DNA from: Octopus bimaculoides
Lineage: Eukaryota
Length of the DNA stretch: 64,000 nucleotides
Reading direction: 5' to 3'
NCBI RefSeq assembly: GCF_001194135.2
Contig: NC_068999.1
Location: 25,691,042 to 25,755,041 of the forward strand
Shown here: piece after piece, positions 1 to 13,344 of the stretch
Numbering within the stretch: position 1 is the stretch's first letter
Layout: the number at the start of each line of letters is the position of its first letter
Notes under the pieces: model-generated
What the model was told of the DNA's origin: nothing
Seen by the model: only the letters and a program-made list of their open reading frames with translations
Databases searched by the model: none
Position numbers and translations under genes: made by a program

Positions 1-539
1 AGGTTCGTTTGAGCAATTTTTTTTTTTCATATTCATTTTCTACACAGATGTTAACACCCAGCAGGCTGGCTTTTTTCTATTTTTGTTTTCGTTGATGAGT
101 AAGGATATTGACCAAACAAACAATGAGTATAAAACAATGTCCACCAAAAACAAATGTCTACAAGAACTAAATGTTCATGGAAGTGCAAGAAAAAGGAAAC
201 GAAACCCCATATAAGTATGAGTAAACATTGCAAGAATAGCAGAATGGAAACAACATCCATAATGGCAGAAAGTATATGAATTGGTAAATATGATGTGAGC
301 TAGCAGTAGCTTCAGGAAAAAAATTAAAGATGTGCCTGGTACTATTCTCATGCACATTTGCTAAGATTAGCAAGGATGACAGAATTACATGCTGGCATGT
401 TGCAAAAGACAGACAATCTTTTCTATTAATTACAATAGAGGCAAGCTGTGTCTGACAAGAGCACGGAGAGCATGAGATAATATCTGACATACAAGGTGTC
501 AGGCAAAAGAGCTTAACAAGCACTGTTATTGTGATATAA

Positions 540-1400
540 CTCAATAAAAAGGCACAATATTATGGTGCAATGTGTGTAACTGGGTGCAGGCATGTGTGTA
601 AGAACGTTGAAAAATTTTACAAACAAAAAACAAGGTAACAAATGTCAGAAAAGGTAAGTACAAAAATGAGAAAATAGCAGGCACTCAGGGCCAGCTCATA
701 TATACAGTCTTGCAAACCCTCTAGTCTATTAGACATGATGTGTGTAAAGCAGTGTGTGTGAGAGGGGTCTATAGCATGATAACCAGCCCGATACCAGGGT
801 TCGCATCACAGAGTAAGAAATATCAATTAGAGGCATGATATGAGGCTAGTAAGTGAGAATGGAAGTGTATCCAAGACTGACATGTCAGAGTCCAACAAGA
901 TTGAAGTAGATGTGATGGAAGCAGGGTTTCAAAACAGCTTGTCGATGAGTCAGTGGGATGCTGAGATGTCACACAGGATCTGCAGAGGTAATCTCCATAC
1001 CTGCACAGGCAGGTATGGAGATTACATGTTGCAAATTCAGGTGAAGAAATCTTGAGTGAATCCAGAGGAGGTAAGAGGTTGCAAGTGTTGCTGATAGAAG
1101 GACTGTAATACAGCACTGATTGCAGTGTCTAATGCATTAACCACAAGCGAAAGCTTTGCATCGGAGACACAGAGTGCAAGGAGGGATGCTGTAGAGAGAG
1201 TTTTTCACAGTGTCGAAAGCTTTGAGTTGAGTAGGAGTTAGCAAAATGGTGTCATTTATCATGCACAGATTCTTAACAAGTGAGTGGAGAAAGAAGTCAA
1301 GTGCAATAAGGAATGAATCGAGAATAGAAGGTAAATTGAAGCTGTGGCACAACTGATGAAAAGTCAGAGGAGCAATGTCCTCAATAACACGAACATTGGT
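540..1400 (-). mobile_element. highly decayed non-LTR retrotransposon RT fragment (tentative)
   Basis: Minus-strand translation has LKAFDTV (RT 'D..KAFD.V' motif) near 1215 and a degenerate 'SVLGPLLF'-like stretch near 920-950; many stops; boundaries approximate. Confidence 0.3.
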
Positions 1401-2040
1401 TGAAATCAGAAGCCATCTTCTTCAATGGTGGCAAGCAGGAAAAATTTAAGCAACAGCAAGACGCAGCATGCACGTTCGGCGTCACTGTGCATGTACAAAA
1501 CTCCATGAGGTCCTGTAACAAAAGGAAACTTGAACAAGATGGGCAGCCATTTTGAAAAAACTTTGAAGAAGTCATATAAATGGTTCAAATGAAAATGAAC
1601 AAAACTATTATATGAAGGACACTGTTGTAAGAAAAAACGTTTTCTAGTGAATGCTGTAATTCTGTATTCCAAACTGCATTGTCTCTTGGGTTAAAGAAAT
1701 TTAATGAAAAGTGAGTGTTTATAAATGTCTTGTTCTAGTTTGAGGCTATACATAATAATGATATATCTAGGCAGGAACTTTTAGCTAATGTCATGAAACA
1801 ATTATATTCAAAATAGCAAAACATACACACACGAGGTTCAAGCATTGCAAAATGTATATAATCTAGGCTCAAAATACTTTCTGTAGCATAGTTATGCTAT
1901 AAGAATTTGTTTTTAGAGAATATTTTCAAATGAAATATTCCAGCTTTGGGTGGTCACCAATTATAATAGGAAAGAAGTAAACCATAAGATTTAGGTAAAT
2001 TGAATAAGCAACGATTTATTCCTCTCATTATAAAAATAAG

Positions 2041-2183
2041 ATTGCCAAAAGAGAATGGTGGCTATATTACAGTCTGGAACAAGGATTTAAATGACTTCAG
2101 TTCTGCTGGGTCTGTTGATGGTCTGCTGTTTGTTGTGTGTAATGATGAAGACTGGTTTGTCGATGCCGATCCAAAGAGATGTG
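2041..2183 (+). CDS. candidate exon (open 143 nt, AG/GT flanked); 5' part may be an upstream NDUFB4 exon
   Basis: Acceptor aaataag| at 2040 and donor G|GTATGC at 2183; translation (R)LPKENGGYITVWNKDLNDFSSAGSVDGLLFVVCNDEDWFVDADPKRC. Identity not established. Confidence 0.3.
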
Positions 2184-2399
2184 GTATGCATGGTAAATGA
2201 CTGCTGCCAAAGAATTTCTTTATTCCTAATACAAGGAAACATAGAGGGGACAAACAAGGACAGACAAGAACATATATATGGGTCAGTCAGCTTTTACAAA
2301 TGATTTAGATCGAATGGGTTTTATATAAGTGTAGATGATATGATATAATAAAATATAATATAATAAAGGTTAAAAATTTAAATAATCTTTCTAGATTTT

Positions 2400-5300
2400 G
2401 GGTTAGTGTACTAACCTGCTGGTTGGTTTCCTTTCGGTGTTCTTTTCCATTTCTTCTATGCCCAGACCGGTCACGTTAGCACGGCTTCTTGCATACTCAT
2501 CTTTCTTACAATTTCCTTCCATCTTTTCGCGAACACTCTTTGCGGCAAGCTCCTCCTCTCCAGACGGATCTTGAAGGCAAGATGGGTGGTGAAGTAATTC
2601 ACCAGCCCTCGTCCAGAGATAAACTGTCCTGTTGCAATCCCTTCCATTTGCGTCTTCCATACCGTTTCTTTCAATATGGTTATTACACAGAGAAATACTG
2701 CCTTCTTTTCTTTGGTGAAAGAAGGTGGTACAATCTTTATCATGGACTCAGTCGAGAGCCGTACTCTTTCTGTATCCGACATCAGCTGTTCGGCATAGGC
2801 TATCAACTCCCTCAGCTCATCACAGTGTACGAAGGTGTGCGTCACCGTATCACTGACATGCCCACACCTCAGACACGTGGGGGAGGTGTCATAACCATGC
2901 CTTGATAACCTTTCCCGAACCAGTAAGGCCGATTGGTAGCACAGCCAGGTCAAGGATTTCTGGTAGTTATTTAGGAATCTTGACCCGAAGGTCCTCCCGA
3001 ACAGGCTGGCTAACTGCTTCTTATCAAAGCCCAGATTCTCCCCCAGGACATCGTCAGACTTATGCTCTACCAACCCGCTATAAATATCCGCTGTGGTAAC
3101 CCTGCTGTCAGCATTGCTCACTCGGGAGAAGAGGGAAAGTGCTTGTTTACACTCCACCTGCCATTTCCCCGTCTTGTGTCTCCGCCTGATTCATGCTCCT
3201 AAGTCTGCAAGGGACTCACACTTTGGAAAGACCTGCTCACCATCCAGGTGGCACCGAAGATGTCTCAGCCTCAGCGCGTACTTGCGGTTCATTAGCCAGG
3301 GCATCCCCAGCCCACCCTTTAACGGTTTCTGGCAACAGATGGAGTGCCTCAAGTGGAGTTTTACTTCCCCACAAAAAGTGGAAAAGGATCCGCTCCAGCT
3401 TGTTCAGCCACAAACCAGAGCAAGGCACGAAGGTTAGGCGGTAGGTTATCACCGATGCTGTGAACATCTGCACAACTCCCACCCTTCCCAACATGGATAA
3501 CCTCCTCCCAGATCACTTCTGGGCTATGGCTGTCACCTTGCTTGTCACCTCACTCCAGTTCTTCTCCACCTGGTGGACCAGACCCCAAGCATTTTAACCG
3601 GGCCCTCCATCCAGTGCTTGATGACGCTGTTGGGAGGCATCGACTTGCCCTGCCAGGTGCTGAGTTGCAGGCCAACTGATTTTTCCTGGTTAATTTTCGC
3701 TCCTGCCATCGTCTCGTATCCTTTGATGGCGTCTTCTATGCGAGGTAGACGCCCTTCATCAGACACGGTGATGGTGACGTCATCCGCGTATGCCGTCACA
3801 TTTCTCCCATAACAAAGATCAAGCAGGTCCACCCCCACGTCCCTCAATTTCTGCAGCAATGGCTCAAGCGCCAACACATACAGAATTGGGGACGGGGCAG
3901 CCCTGGCGAACCGAACGCTCGATCGCAAATGGGTTCGAGAAGAACCCAATCACCTGGACTATTGATTCAATATTGCCGTACATGGCTTTAATCCAGCCTC
4001 GGAAGGTCGGGCCAAATCCAGCCGCCCGGAGGACTGCCGCCATGTAGCCGTGGTCAACCCTATCAAACACCTTAGACAGGTCTAAATTCACCAGTGCCCC
4101 ACCATTGCCATGCATTTTACCCACCTGCTCTATGGTGTAGCGAATGAGGTGAAGGTCGTCCTGTATCGTCCTCCCTGGGATGGGATGGCATAACTCTGTG
4201 TTTAGCAGAGAATATATGGGCCTAAAATTATTAACTTTGTCCCCCTTGCTCAGGTTCTTCCTGATCAGTGTCACCACTCCTCGGCTCACAGCTTTGGGAA
4301 TCCTCCCATTCTGCTGCCAATTCGTGTACACACTGGCCAGTACGTCCCCGAACAAGTCTGGCATGCTACTATAAAATTCGTAGGGAAGACCATCCAGACC
4401 CGGCGACTTGTCCCCAGGGCACTCAGACAGTGCCTCTCTGATATCCTTAGCAGTGCTTAGCGACATGAGCCGAAAGACGTGGGCTGCTATCCAGAAAACG
4501 CTGTAAGGCATCCCCATGGTCCAACGTCCCGTCCCTCCTGAACAACGCGGCAAAGTGCTTGTGAAAGGCCTTGCATATCTCTTCTTGTCCTTGGATCTCC
4601 TGTCCAGACTCATCAAAGACCCAAACATAGCAATGTCACGACGAGTTTCTTCCAAGCAAGCCCATCTAGCAACATTGATACCTTCATGGCCCATTGCACG
4701 TGTCCTTACCCGGACTCTGCATCCTTTGTGTTTGGCAATCTCGCCGCCAACACTTGTGATGCAGAGCCCAATCTCAGTGCCTCTTCTAATGCCTTAACTA
4801 ATTCCCTTTCCATTCCCTTGCTAAATCTAATTAACTCAATTCAAAGGGCTCTTTTGAAGGCACTCCACCACTGGTTGTTGATCACAGCGCCGGTAAGTGC
4901 CCTCTTCACTAACACCTTAATCTGGCTACGGTAAGCCTCGCAATCCAATAAAGTCTTGTTCAGCTTCCAGTAGCCAGATCCCTGTCTATGTATCTTATCT
5001 GTATTCACCCTACATGTCACTAACTTGTGATTTGTGTAGGGTACGTAGGTAAACTGTGGACAAATAAAGCTATGCCTGTCTCTAGTACTTACGACTATCC
5101 TGTGTATATAAGACCTGACCATTCTGTCGTTTCTTGCCCAGGTCCACACTGGAACGTTCGGGTGATCAAGTCTATATCAATCTGCAGCCTAAAACGCTTC
5201 AGCAGATCGATGAGGCATGAGTTCCCTTTTCTATCTTTTGAGCCCATGCTATCCAGGCATGCATCCAGTATAGTGTTGAAGTCACCTAGTACAACTACTG

Positions 5301-5900
5301 TCCTTGATGTCACCAGGAAATTCTCCAGGCATTGAAAGAAGTCAACCTGTTTGCCTGCATTACCAGGCACGTAGATGCCCACCAGCCTGAAGGCCTTACC
5401 ACTGTATGTCAGATCCAGAACGACCAACTCGCCTTCTGGGTCCACAAAGATTGTACGTATCTGCATGACCAGGCTTTTTTGGATCAAGACAGCCACCACT
5501 CTGCTCCCTCCCTCCTGGCTAGGAGAAATTATTTTCTAGTAGTTGTTCAGGAGGGCTGAGAAAGCCTGCAGCTTGTCCAGCCTGGTCTCTGTAATAACCA
5601 TCACATCTATACCATGTGACCTGAGGTCATCAAGGAGGCACACCTGCTTCCTCTTCAAGTTCAGGCCACGCACATTCAAACATCCAATGTTTAACACAGC
5701 CATTCTAAGGCATAGAAGAAAAGAATGCCACTTATCATTTATTTTTCTAGGGGAATGGTTCTCAAAACATTTGAGACCATTTCCCTACCTTCGTCCTTTT
5801 CATCCAGAAAGGGTTCCACCGGCGGGTTGAATACTTTTTTCAGGCTTTTTAGTGTGCAAATATCTTTAGGGTGAAGTTTAGATACATCGTAGTACAGAGT
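2400..5900 (-). mobile_element. L1/Tx1-type LINE, 5'-truncated, ORF2 with frameshifts and stops (APE endonuclease, RT, C-terminal CCHC)
   Basis: ORF2 start near 5703 (MAVLNIGCLNVRGL), endonuclease motifs LVGIYVP and VVLGDFN, GSGYWKLN, RT motifs DLSKVFDRVDH, RQGCP and AYADDV, C-terminal CLRC-x8-HTFVHC. Outer boundaries approximate. Confidence 0.9.
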
Positions 5901-8175
5901 TCTCACAATTTTTGCAATTATGGCTGCTGCCAAAGACCCAGAGAAGCAGAATACAAGGGTTTTTATAACTCTGGGTAGTCTCCAGAGAAAAAGTGGTCTT
6001 TCCCACATTGCAAACACACGATTGGACAGTTAGTAACTGACCAATACATGCAACTAGTTTGGCAAGCCACTGGATCATGTGACTCAATAAAAAGAATAGT
6101 GAGCCTATTTTGTGGTATTTAAGCTTAAACGACCAAGCTTAATAAAAGCATTACACCATTCTGCTACAAGCTGGTGACTGTCTTTATTCATTCAGGAAAT
6201 CTAAAATTAAAAACAAAATTTGAAAATAGTGTTGGGATTCCACCTCAAAATACAAGATTGGGTAATGAAAATGAGGAAACTTTTGGAAACAAAGATAAAG
6301 TATATCTACAGATTGCTGCCTCATTGCACCTAACTTTTGTTTCTTCACACCTTTCTGAAAAATGTAATTTTTTTTAAAAATGAGATTTAAAATCGTAATC
6401 TATACCAAAAATTCCATTAAAAGATATTGTCAATTACAAAACTAAATAAAAAATTTTGGTGTTCAGTTTAAAGGATACTAAAATAGATGTATAGTTATTT
6501 TTTCATAGTTTTTCCTGTGGAATTTATGCTTGTGTGGTAAACGATTTGATATTATAATAACCACCATTGCCATCATTGTCAGTTTCATTTTCCAATCTCA
6601 ATTCTTTTCTTTTGATTTTGAGGCCCCTATATTACAACAGTACATTCAGAAGTAAATTAGGAGAGTATTGGCACTGACAAGAACGCTTATCTTTCACATT
6701 GATAATATTTAGATGTCGATTTCTTTGAGCAATAGTTCATGAAAAGAACTATACCACTGCTGGTGTATGTCTCTAAAAAGCAAGGAGATTCCTAAATATG
6801 GTAAGATATATTCTATCCAACTATTGCAATGATAAATTACTGGATAGTGAAATTGTTACTAAATGAATTAAGCCATAAACTTTGAAAATACTGGTCTTAA
6901 TGAATCAGTTTTACTTGTGTTTTCTCATGCTCATATAGTTTGGATGAATATATTTTGTATCATCTGTTCTATAATATTTATATTTAACATGCTCGTTTAT
7001 GCTCAAACCTGGTGTACCTTTATTGCTTATCTGTCACTTATATACATTCACTTCAACTTTTTCATTTTGCTTTTCATTAATGAAGATTATACTTATATAT
7101 ATATTTTTAGCAGTTGAGAGTTTGTCTTTATGCAGTTCTCATGTATCTATAAGTTTTTTTATGTGGTGGCCCATGAATATGTTCTGCTGTTCCGTCACTA
7201 GACTTCTTTATTTAGTTTATAACTTCCAGTTTGTAGCTAATAGTATAGCTTGATCTTTGCCCTGTATTCTTGAAGATAAGAGAGTACAACAGAAGGAGCA
7301 ACAACATCCAAATTGAATTAGACACAAGCAGTCAACAATAATAGTAGTGTTTGACCTTTTTATTATTTCTATTAGTTAATTTGGGGAAAGTAAATGTGCC
7401 CATCACTTTTGCAAGCCATCTATGACTGATGGTATTGATGCTGTTACCATAAACTGGTACAAGTTGACTGCAGCAAAGATATATAAGGAGAGAGAACCAG
7501 AGGCTTGATGATCTGGAATGGAAAGGTTGAGCATAGTGGTTAGTGCAGGGCTTAAAGTGTTAGGCACATGAGCAGTGGTGGCATAACACTGGTCAGTTCC
7601 TAGGAGTAGATGCCATTGTAGTTGCAGCAAAAAAACCTTTTACCATTCAGTCAAGTGGCCTTTCTCTGGATGCTACATGGGATGTCTATGTACTAGCAGC
7701 ACAGTTACAAATACTGGATCTCACTTAAGCTTTGTAGCTTAGTTGAAACCTATGATGTTGAGTATTTTCTGACTCTGAACAAAAACGTTTTTTGGATGCA
7801 GTCTTTGCTACGTTAAGGATGTGCATTCACCTTTAACAATAGTGAACTGTAGCACTTGGAGCAATCATGAGGTCTCTAGCTACATACTGTTCATAAGTAA
7901 TGAAGTAAGGTGCAATGGTGTTTTCTTACGGGAAATGTTAATTATAATAATTTAAAATAAATTGAATAGATATGTAAGCAATCTAGTAATTTGCTGATGT
8001 AAAATCCTGTTGAATTTTAAGACTTGAAAGAATTGTACATGTTAGGCTGGTGGTGAATAAACTGATACTAAACACTTGTTTTTATTATGATTATGTAAGT
8101 AATTTGTATTTGAAAAATAATTAAATATTGCAGCTATGAAAAATTTACACTTTTTTCTCATTTTATTTTTAACAG

Positions 8176-8319
8176 TTTGATCCTCAAATGCAGCGCTTTT
8201 ATTCAATGCGTGTAACCGGATTTAATTACTTTAAAGTATCATTCAAGTCTGTGATGGTCGGCTTAAATTTTGTGGTTGTTCCAATTGCAATCTTTACTTA
8301 CTTAATATATAAGGAAAGA
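8176..8319 (+). CDS. NDUFB4: NADH dehydrogenase (ubiquinone) 1 beta subcomplex subunit 4, internal coding exon
   Basis: tttaacag|TTT...AGA|gtaagt, 144 nt, phase 0/0; FDPQMQRFYSMRVTGFNYFKVSFKSVMVGLNFVVVPIAIFTYLIYKER matches the recalled invertebrate B15 pattern FDP...RF.SMRV...F plus one TM helix. Confidence 0.85.
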
Positions 8320-8439
8320 GTAAGTGTTGGCTTTATAATCTCCAATATAATCATCTTCAGTTTCTTGTATTGCTTAGGCTACACAAATCATGTATATTAT
8401 TTGTAATTCAATTCTTTTTTTTTTTTTTATTCTTTTTAG

Positions 8440-8508
8440 GAAGGAAAAGAAAGAAAAATTCGTAATGGTGAAATAATGTACAAAGACCGGCACAATAAAT
8501 TTATCTAG
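8440..8508 (+). CDS. NDUFB4: NDUFB4 terminal coding exon
   Basis: Long pyrimidine tract then AG; EGKERKIRNGEIMYKDRHNKFI* resembles the invertebrate B15 C-terminus (..G.V.YKDR.FKF.); in phase with the previous exon. Confidence 0.85.
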   Translation, partial: EGKERKIRNGEIMYKDRHNKFI

Positions 8509-10129
8509 AGTAACAAATGTAACAGACAAATTAATTGAAATAAAAAAAACATCTTGGAGTAATAATTGTATTTAGTCTTCACATTATGAAACAAAAATTT
8601 TACATTTCTGTATCCTTGATAAAATGCAAATTATTTACCTATATTTTGATCAGAATATTTCTGTGATTGTACTCAATGATATATTTTCACACATCACACA
8701 CATTTGGATTGCAATGGTGCCTGTATATGATAACTCAGTCTGCTAGAAAAAGCAGCCAAGTTACCTCAAACAACACCTAGCCAGCTTAAAAAAGAACGAT
8801 CCAATTTGGGTAATAGTCTTGAATATATTATCTGAAGATAAGATAGGATAGTCATAGCTGTAACATTTTAATATTTATAGATCTACTCAGATTAAAATAA
8901 AGCAATATATATCTATATTGAACATGCTCGTTTAAGCTCAAACCTGGAATGCCTTTTGTTGCAGTAGTTGTCTTTTATTATCGTTATGCTTCATCAGATA
9001 TATAGATGATATGAAAGGTTGTAACATCACCTACTGATTTCAAATATCATGTCTCCTATAAACAGTATATCTCTGTTAACCAATATTGCAACCTTTGACT
9101 ATCCAACTTAGTTGGCTTAAATTAAGTTGCTCTGAAGACATACTAGTGACCTGTCAAAGAGGATCTTAGTCCACACAGTATCACCATAGAAATCATGAGT
9201 ATAGCTAGGTTTTCAAGTTGTTGGGTTCTTATTAAAATGTTTCCACCAATCTGCCACCTACTTTGTGACAAACAAAAAATTTAAATAAATGCTACATTAA
9301 ACGTTTTTTTTTGTAAATATAATCTTGCATGTTAAATTTATAGATATATGTAAACTGTTTCGTGCTACTCCATTTAGTTCTTATTTACTATGGCATTCTT
9401 TTTTTTTTTTTTGGCAACATTTTCAATAGGATAGCTTTAAATTATTCTAATAACTAGTGGGATCCATGAAAACTCCACATTTTATATTTATTTACTTTTA
9501 ATTTGAAGATTTATAACATTTTTTTAATGTATATATTAAATGTTTTTGCAGCAGAGAAAGAGAAAGGATAAGTTCATTGATAAAAAGTTACAAGAAAATC
9601 TTGCTCAGTCTACTGTAGCATGAAGATACCAAATCATCTATCACATTGTCCTCATTTCTAAACATTGCTCGAATTATGCAACTGTTCTTTGTTCATGTTT
9701 TCATATTTCTTTCTCAGTCTTTCTGATATTTCTCTACTACTGGTCATTCATATTATTTCGTACACATCTCTCACTTCATGTCTCATGTAATAAAGCTGTT
9801 TACTGTTCATATTCCCTTTATATATGTTGACTTCCCCTTCAATATTGTACATTCATGCTGGCTCTCCTAATCCATTTGTTTCATCTTATTCCTCTCTCTC
9901 TCTCTCTTCCCTCGTCACTCATTCTTTCTCTTGATCTTTGCTTTCATTCTATAGTGAATGTTGTTTAAATCTAAAATGAGAACAAAAGTTTAAAAAATTT
10001 GCTTAAGTGTCACAAAATAGCAAAAGTTCTTTGTCTATCATAAATGGAAAACAGTCTGCAAATCCAAATGCTGAAAGTTTATCTAAGGTGTTCTGAGGCA
10101 AAGCATCTCATTGGATGTAAAATTGCAAA

Positions 10130-11330
10130 TATTTAGGTGATGGGAATCTGAAGAAAGTCAGCTGTATATTGATAAGTCTTTAAACTTGGCTACATTGATT
10201 CTTAGGACTGCCATAAAAATGTGAACAAAATTAAAGCTGTTATGATGATGTCATTGTGCAGATCACTTGTTCAAGGAGTAAGTTTTGAAGGAAAATTGAA
10301 GATATGCTTGCCTTATGAATAAACAATGAAATGCAATGCAACATGAAGTTAAGCCAACTTATAATGGAAGCAGCAAAAATCATCTTCAGACATTTCCACA
10401 GCTAGCAAAGCTTGGTTCAATAAATTCAATTAGCAGTGTAACCTACACAGCATCAGCATCTCCAAAGAAGTTTCAAATGCTGGCACTGATGCAATCAAGG
10501 AATTTCCTCAAGTTTTTAAGGGTGTCATCAAGTATGGCAACTATTCTCTCCAACTTGTATTCAATTTAGATAAAACACACTTTTTTTTTTTTTTTTTTNN
10601 NNNNNNNNTTTTTTTTTTTTTTTTGTTAAGAAAAAGTACAACTGCATGCTCTCATCTCTCAAAATGGAAAACACTTCTAGGTTTGAAGACAAAAAAAGAT
10701 CATTTAATACTACTATTTTACTGTAATACTTCCGGAAACTTCAATAATGTCTGGGCTTATTACCATCATTGCACTCTCAAGAAACTTATTGAAGAAACAG
10801 ATGGCAGAGATAAAAAAAATTATCAGAGCTTTGGTAAAATTATCATTTTATGAAGAGTATAGATAATATAGAGAGCAAGATGAAAAGAGTTTAGAAGCTA
10901 TAGCTAGAAGCATACAATAACATCCTGAAATTTTACAAAGTAATTATATCTGCAGGCATCAATGATATCGTTGAACTGGCCAATGAAGAGAAAGTGCAAA
11001 ATGGAAATTTCGGGAGAAGTTAGCAAAATTGCATAGTAAGAATTTATCTGTTGAAGAGCTACAAGAATAAGCAAAGCATCCCAAATAAATTTGACCCAAC
11101 TTTAGAGCCATTATCAGATTTCTTAGTGAATACCTTAGTAACAGCATCACCAATATTATGGCAATTGGGTGCCAGTAAACTGACAATATTCAGGCTGAAA
11201 GCACAGCAGCAAGGCAGGAAGAGGTGTTCTAAACATGATATGCTACAGTTAATAATGTTAAGAAAATGCAGATGACATTAACTGTATTCTTTAAAAAGCA
11301 ACTATTGTGTGAGGAAGAACCAAAATCTGA
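10130..11330 (+). mobile_element. decayed Tigger/pogo transposase fragment
   Basis: Broken translations 'ASKAWFNKF', 'NYSLQLVFNLDKT' and 'KDHLILLFYCNTSG' resemble Tigger motifs ASKGWF, QQVFNCDET and KDRLTLLLCANASG; spans a 10-N gap. Confidence 0.65.
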
Positions 11331-12129
11331 ACCCTCATCTCAGATATAGCATGTGCAGTCCTGTTTCACACTGCTGTTTATCAACTGAATTAATGGTCTG
11401 TCTACTTATGATTAAAACTGATTTATTTAACCTTTTCAATAATTTTATAGCATTAGATCTCCAGTAAACTTGTTTCCCAATTTCATTGTAACTTCTGAAC
11501 ACAATGTGTGAGATTGTCTAAAGTCATTAGATTATAAAGTTTAAGGGTATAGCAAGTTTCTAGATTGGGTCAGTTTGGTGATGTTTATTACCTTCATTTA
11601 TGTTCATGTCACTTTTAAAAACTAACCTAGATACTTGTATTTCTCTATGCAGTTAGCTCTGAATATTTAGGAATGTATCTCAACAGACCTGGCTGTATGG
11701 TGAAAAGTTAGCTTCCCAAACACATGGTTCCAGGTTCAGTCACACTGTAGCACTTTGGACAAGTGTCTTCCACTATCACCCCAGGCCTTGTGTGTAGATT
11801 TGGTAGGTGGAAACTGAATGAAAGAAACTCATTGTGTGTGTGTATATACATATATTTTCCCACTGTATCAGACTATTAAATGTTATTGCTGGTGACAGTG
11901 TACTTTCAACTCTTCCAATTTGTGATGCTATTCTATCTTATCACAAATTGCTTAACCAAATCATTTTCCCTTTGTCATAGAGGCCTTCAAAGTGGTCTTT
12001 TCCTATCTCATGATAAGTGCATGGTCCACCTGTTATTCATGACCCTTGTGACATTTCTGGCCCAGCAGAACATGCTTTTGATATTTTGCAATCACATCAT
12101 TCATTCTGCTCTATTCTCAAATTAACTCA

Positions 12130-12330
12130 TTTCCACTGTACTCTTGTAATGATCTTCCTAGCCTGAATCTTTCCATGGCCTTTTGCATTGAAACCAATCA
12201 ATGTTCTTCCCTCTTCGTGGTCGCCCACATCTCTCTTGCATCCAAGAGCATAGGTAGGGCTGTGCTGGCGAAGAGTTTGGCATGTCGGATCACATCCTTT
12301 ATTGTGGTAAACATCTTCCATTCCTGCTCT
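12130..12330 (-). mobile_element. RTE-like LINE ORF C-terminal fragment
   Basis: Minus translation ...RHAKLFASTALPMLLDAREMWATTKREEH..QKAMER resembles RTE C-terminal LF.STVLP.L.Y..ETW. Confidence 0.55.
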
Positions 12331-12389
12331 TATTCTCTTCAAGAGAATATCTCATATCTCAACATATATTCTCAGTGTGCACTAAGTAG

Positions 12390-12620
12390 GTGTACTCTTT
12401 TATCTCCTCAATTTCATCACTTCCCTCCTCTATTTTATGCTCCCGTAAATGCTGGTGAAGATGATGAAAGGGAAGGATTCTACCAAAAGCTAGAGAAAGT
12501 ACCAGCTCACAAATCCACTTACACCTAGGTGATGAAAGATTTCACCGCAAAGTTTGAAACGGACTGCAAGGAGAGAAAGAAGTTTGGATTGGGAGTGAGA
12601 AACAAAAGAAAAGAATGTTT
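12390..12620 (+). mobile_element. LINE APE-endonuclease fragment (opposite orientation to the adjacent fragment)
   Basis: YAPVNAGEDDEREGFYQKLE..VMKDFTAK..FGLGVRN matches the RTE endonuclease pattern YAP...FY..L...GDFNAK...G.G.RN. Confidence 0.6.
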
Positions 12621-12799
12621 GGTTACCATAACAAACAAGTATATGTATGTAGAGTATGAGGCGATTTAAACGAACAGGTGTGTACATGCTATAATTATAT
12701 TTGTGCGTATACATGTTTATATCTCTTTATCTTGACATTGTGTGATCTTCTGTGAAAGCACATCAAGACATGGAAAAATATTACTTGCTTGAAAACAGG

Positions 12800-13310
12800 T
12801 AAGGATTGGTGCCCTCAGCTTCCACCACAACCTCAAGACAGCTCTTGGAACCTGGCACATGCATTTCTCAGTGTCCCTCAGAGATCTTGAAACATGTCCT
12901 TGGTGTTGCAGGCAGAACAGTTGATGTCTTTCTCAAAATAGTAATCTATGGGATTACAATTGGGGGAATTAGAAAGTCAGAAATTGGGATTGAAGTTGTA
13001 GAACTTCTCCAATAACCACTTCTCACTCTCCAGAAGAATGGCAAAGAGCTAAATGCTGCTGCTACACATAGGGCCTTCCAGCAACCTCCTCCTGTCAGGG
13101 TTTGATAAGTCTCCAGCAGCTTCACATAGCCATCTGAATTGAGGCTTTATTCAAAGATGTCGAGTGACATGATGTCACCCTCACTGGAGATACACCTAAA
13201 GACCATCACACTTTGAGAGAACTTAGTTTTTGTGATGTCCATGTCACATCTTACAGCCTTTTGTGTTCACAGAGTATAGTGCAGCCATCATGATGTCGGC
13301 ATTTTGATAC
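12800..13310 (-). mobile_element. decayed Tc1/mariner-superfamily transposase (maT/DD37D-like)
   Basis: Minus translation across frameshifts: KTKFSQSVMVFRCISSEGD..LNSDGYVKLL..GRPYV*QQ..CHSSG.SEKWL.EKFYNF..NSPNCNPIDYY. Confidence 0.65.
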
Positions 13311-13344
13311 CCAGCACAAGTTATTATAATGTAGGTAGCTCTTC

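Noticed and set aside
48-98. AG/GT-flanked 51-nt segment (DVNTQQAGFFLFLFSLM)
   Set aside because: Good splice signals, but no recognisable homology and not phase-compatible with the next candidates; may be a real exon of unknown type.
6196-6261. Possible exon in phase with 2041-2183 (GNLKLKTKFENSVGIPPQNTRL)
   Set aside because: No homology and no downstream compatible exon found; open frames of this length arise by chance.
6984-8965. Shared 45-bp sequence at about 6985 and 8920, with CTGATGA nearby on the minus strand at about 8995
   Set aside because: A dispersed repeat fragment; no stem II or GAAA could be paired, so not called a ribozyme.
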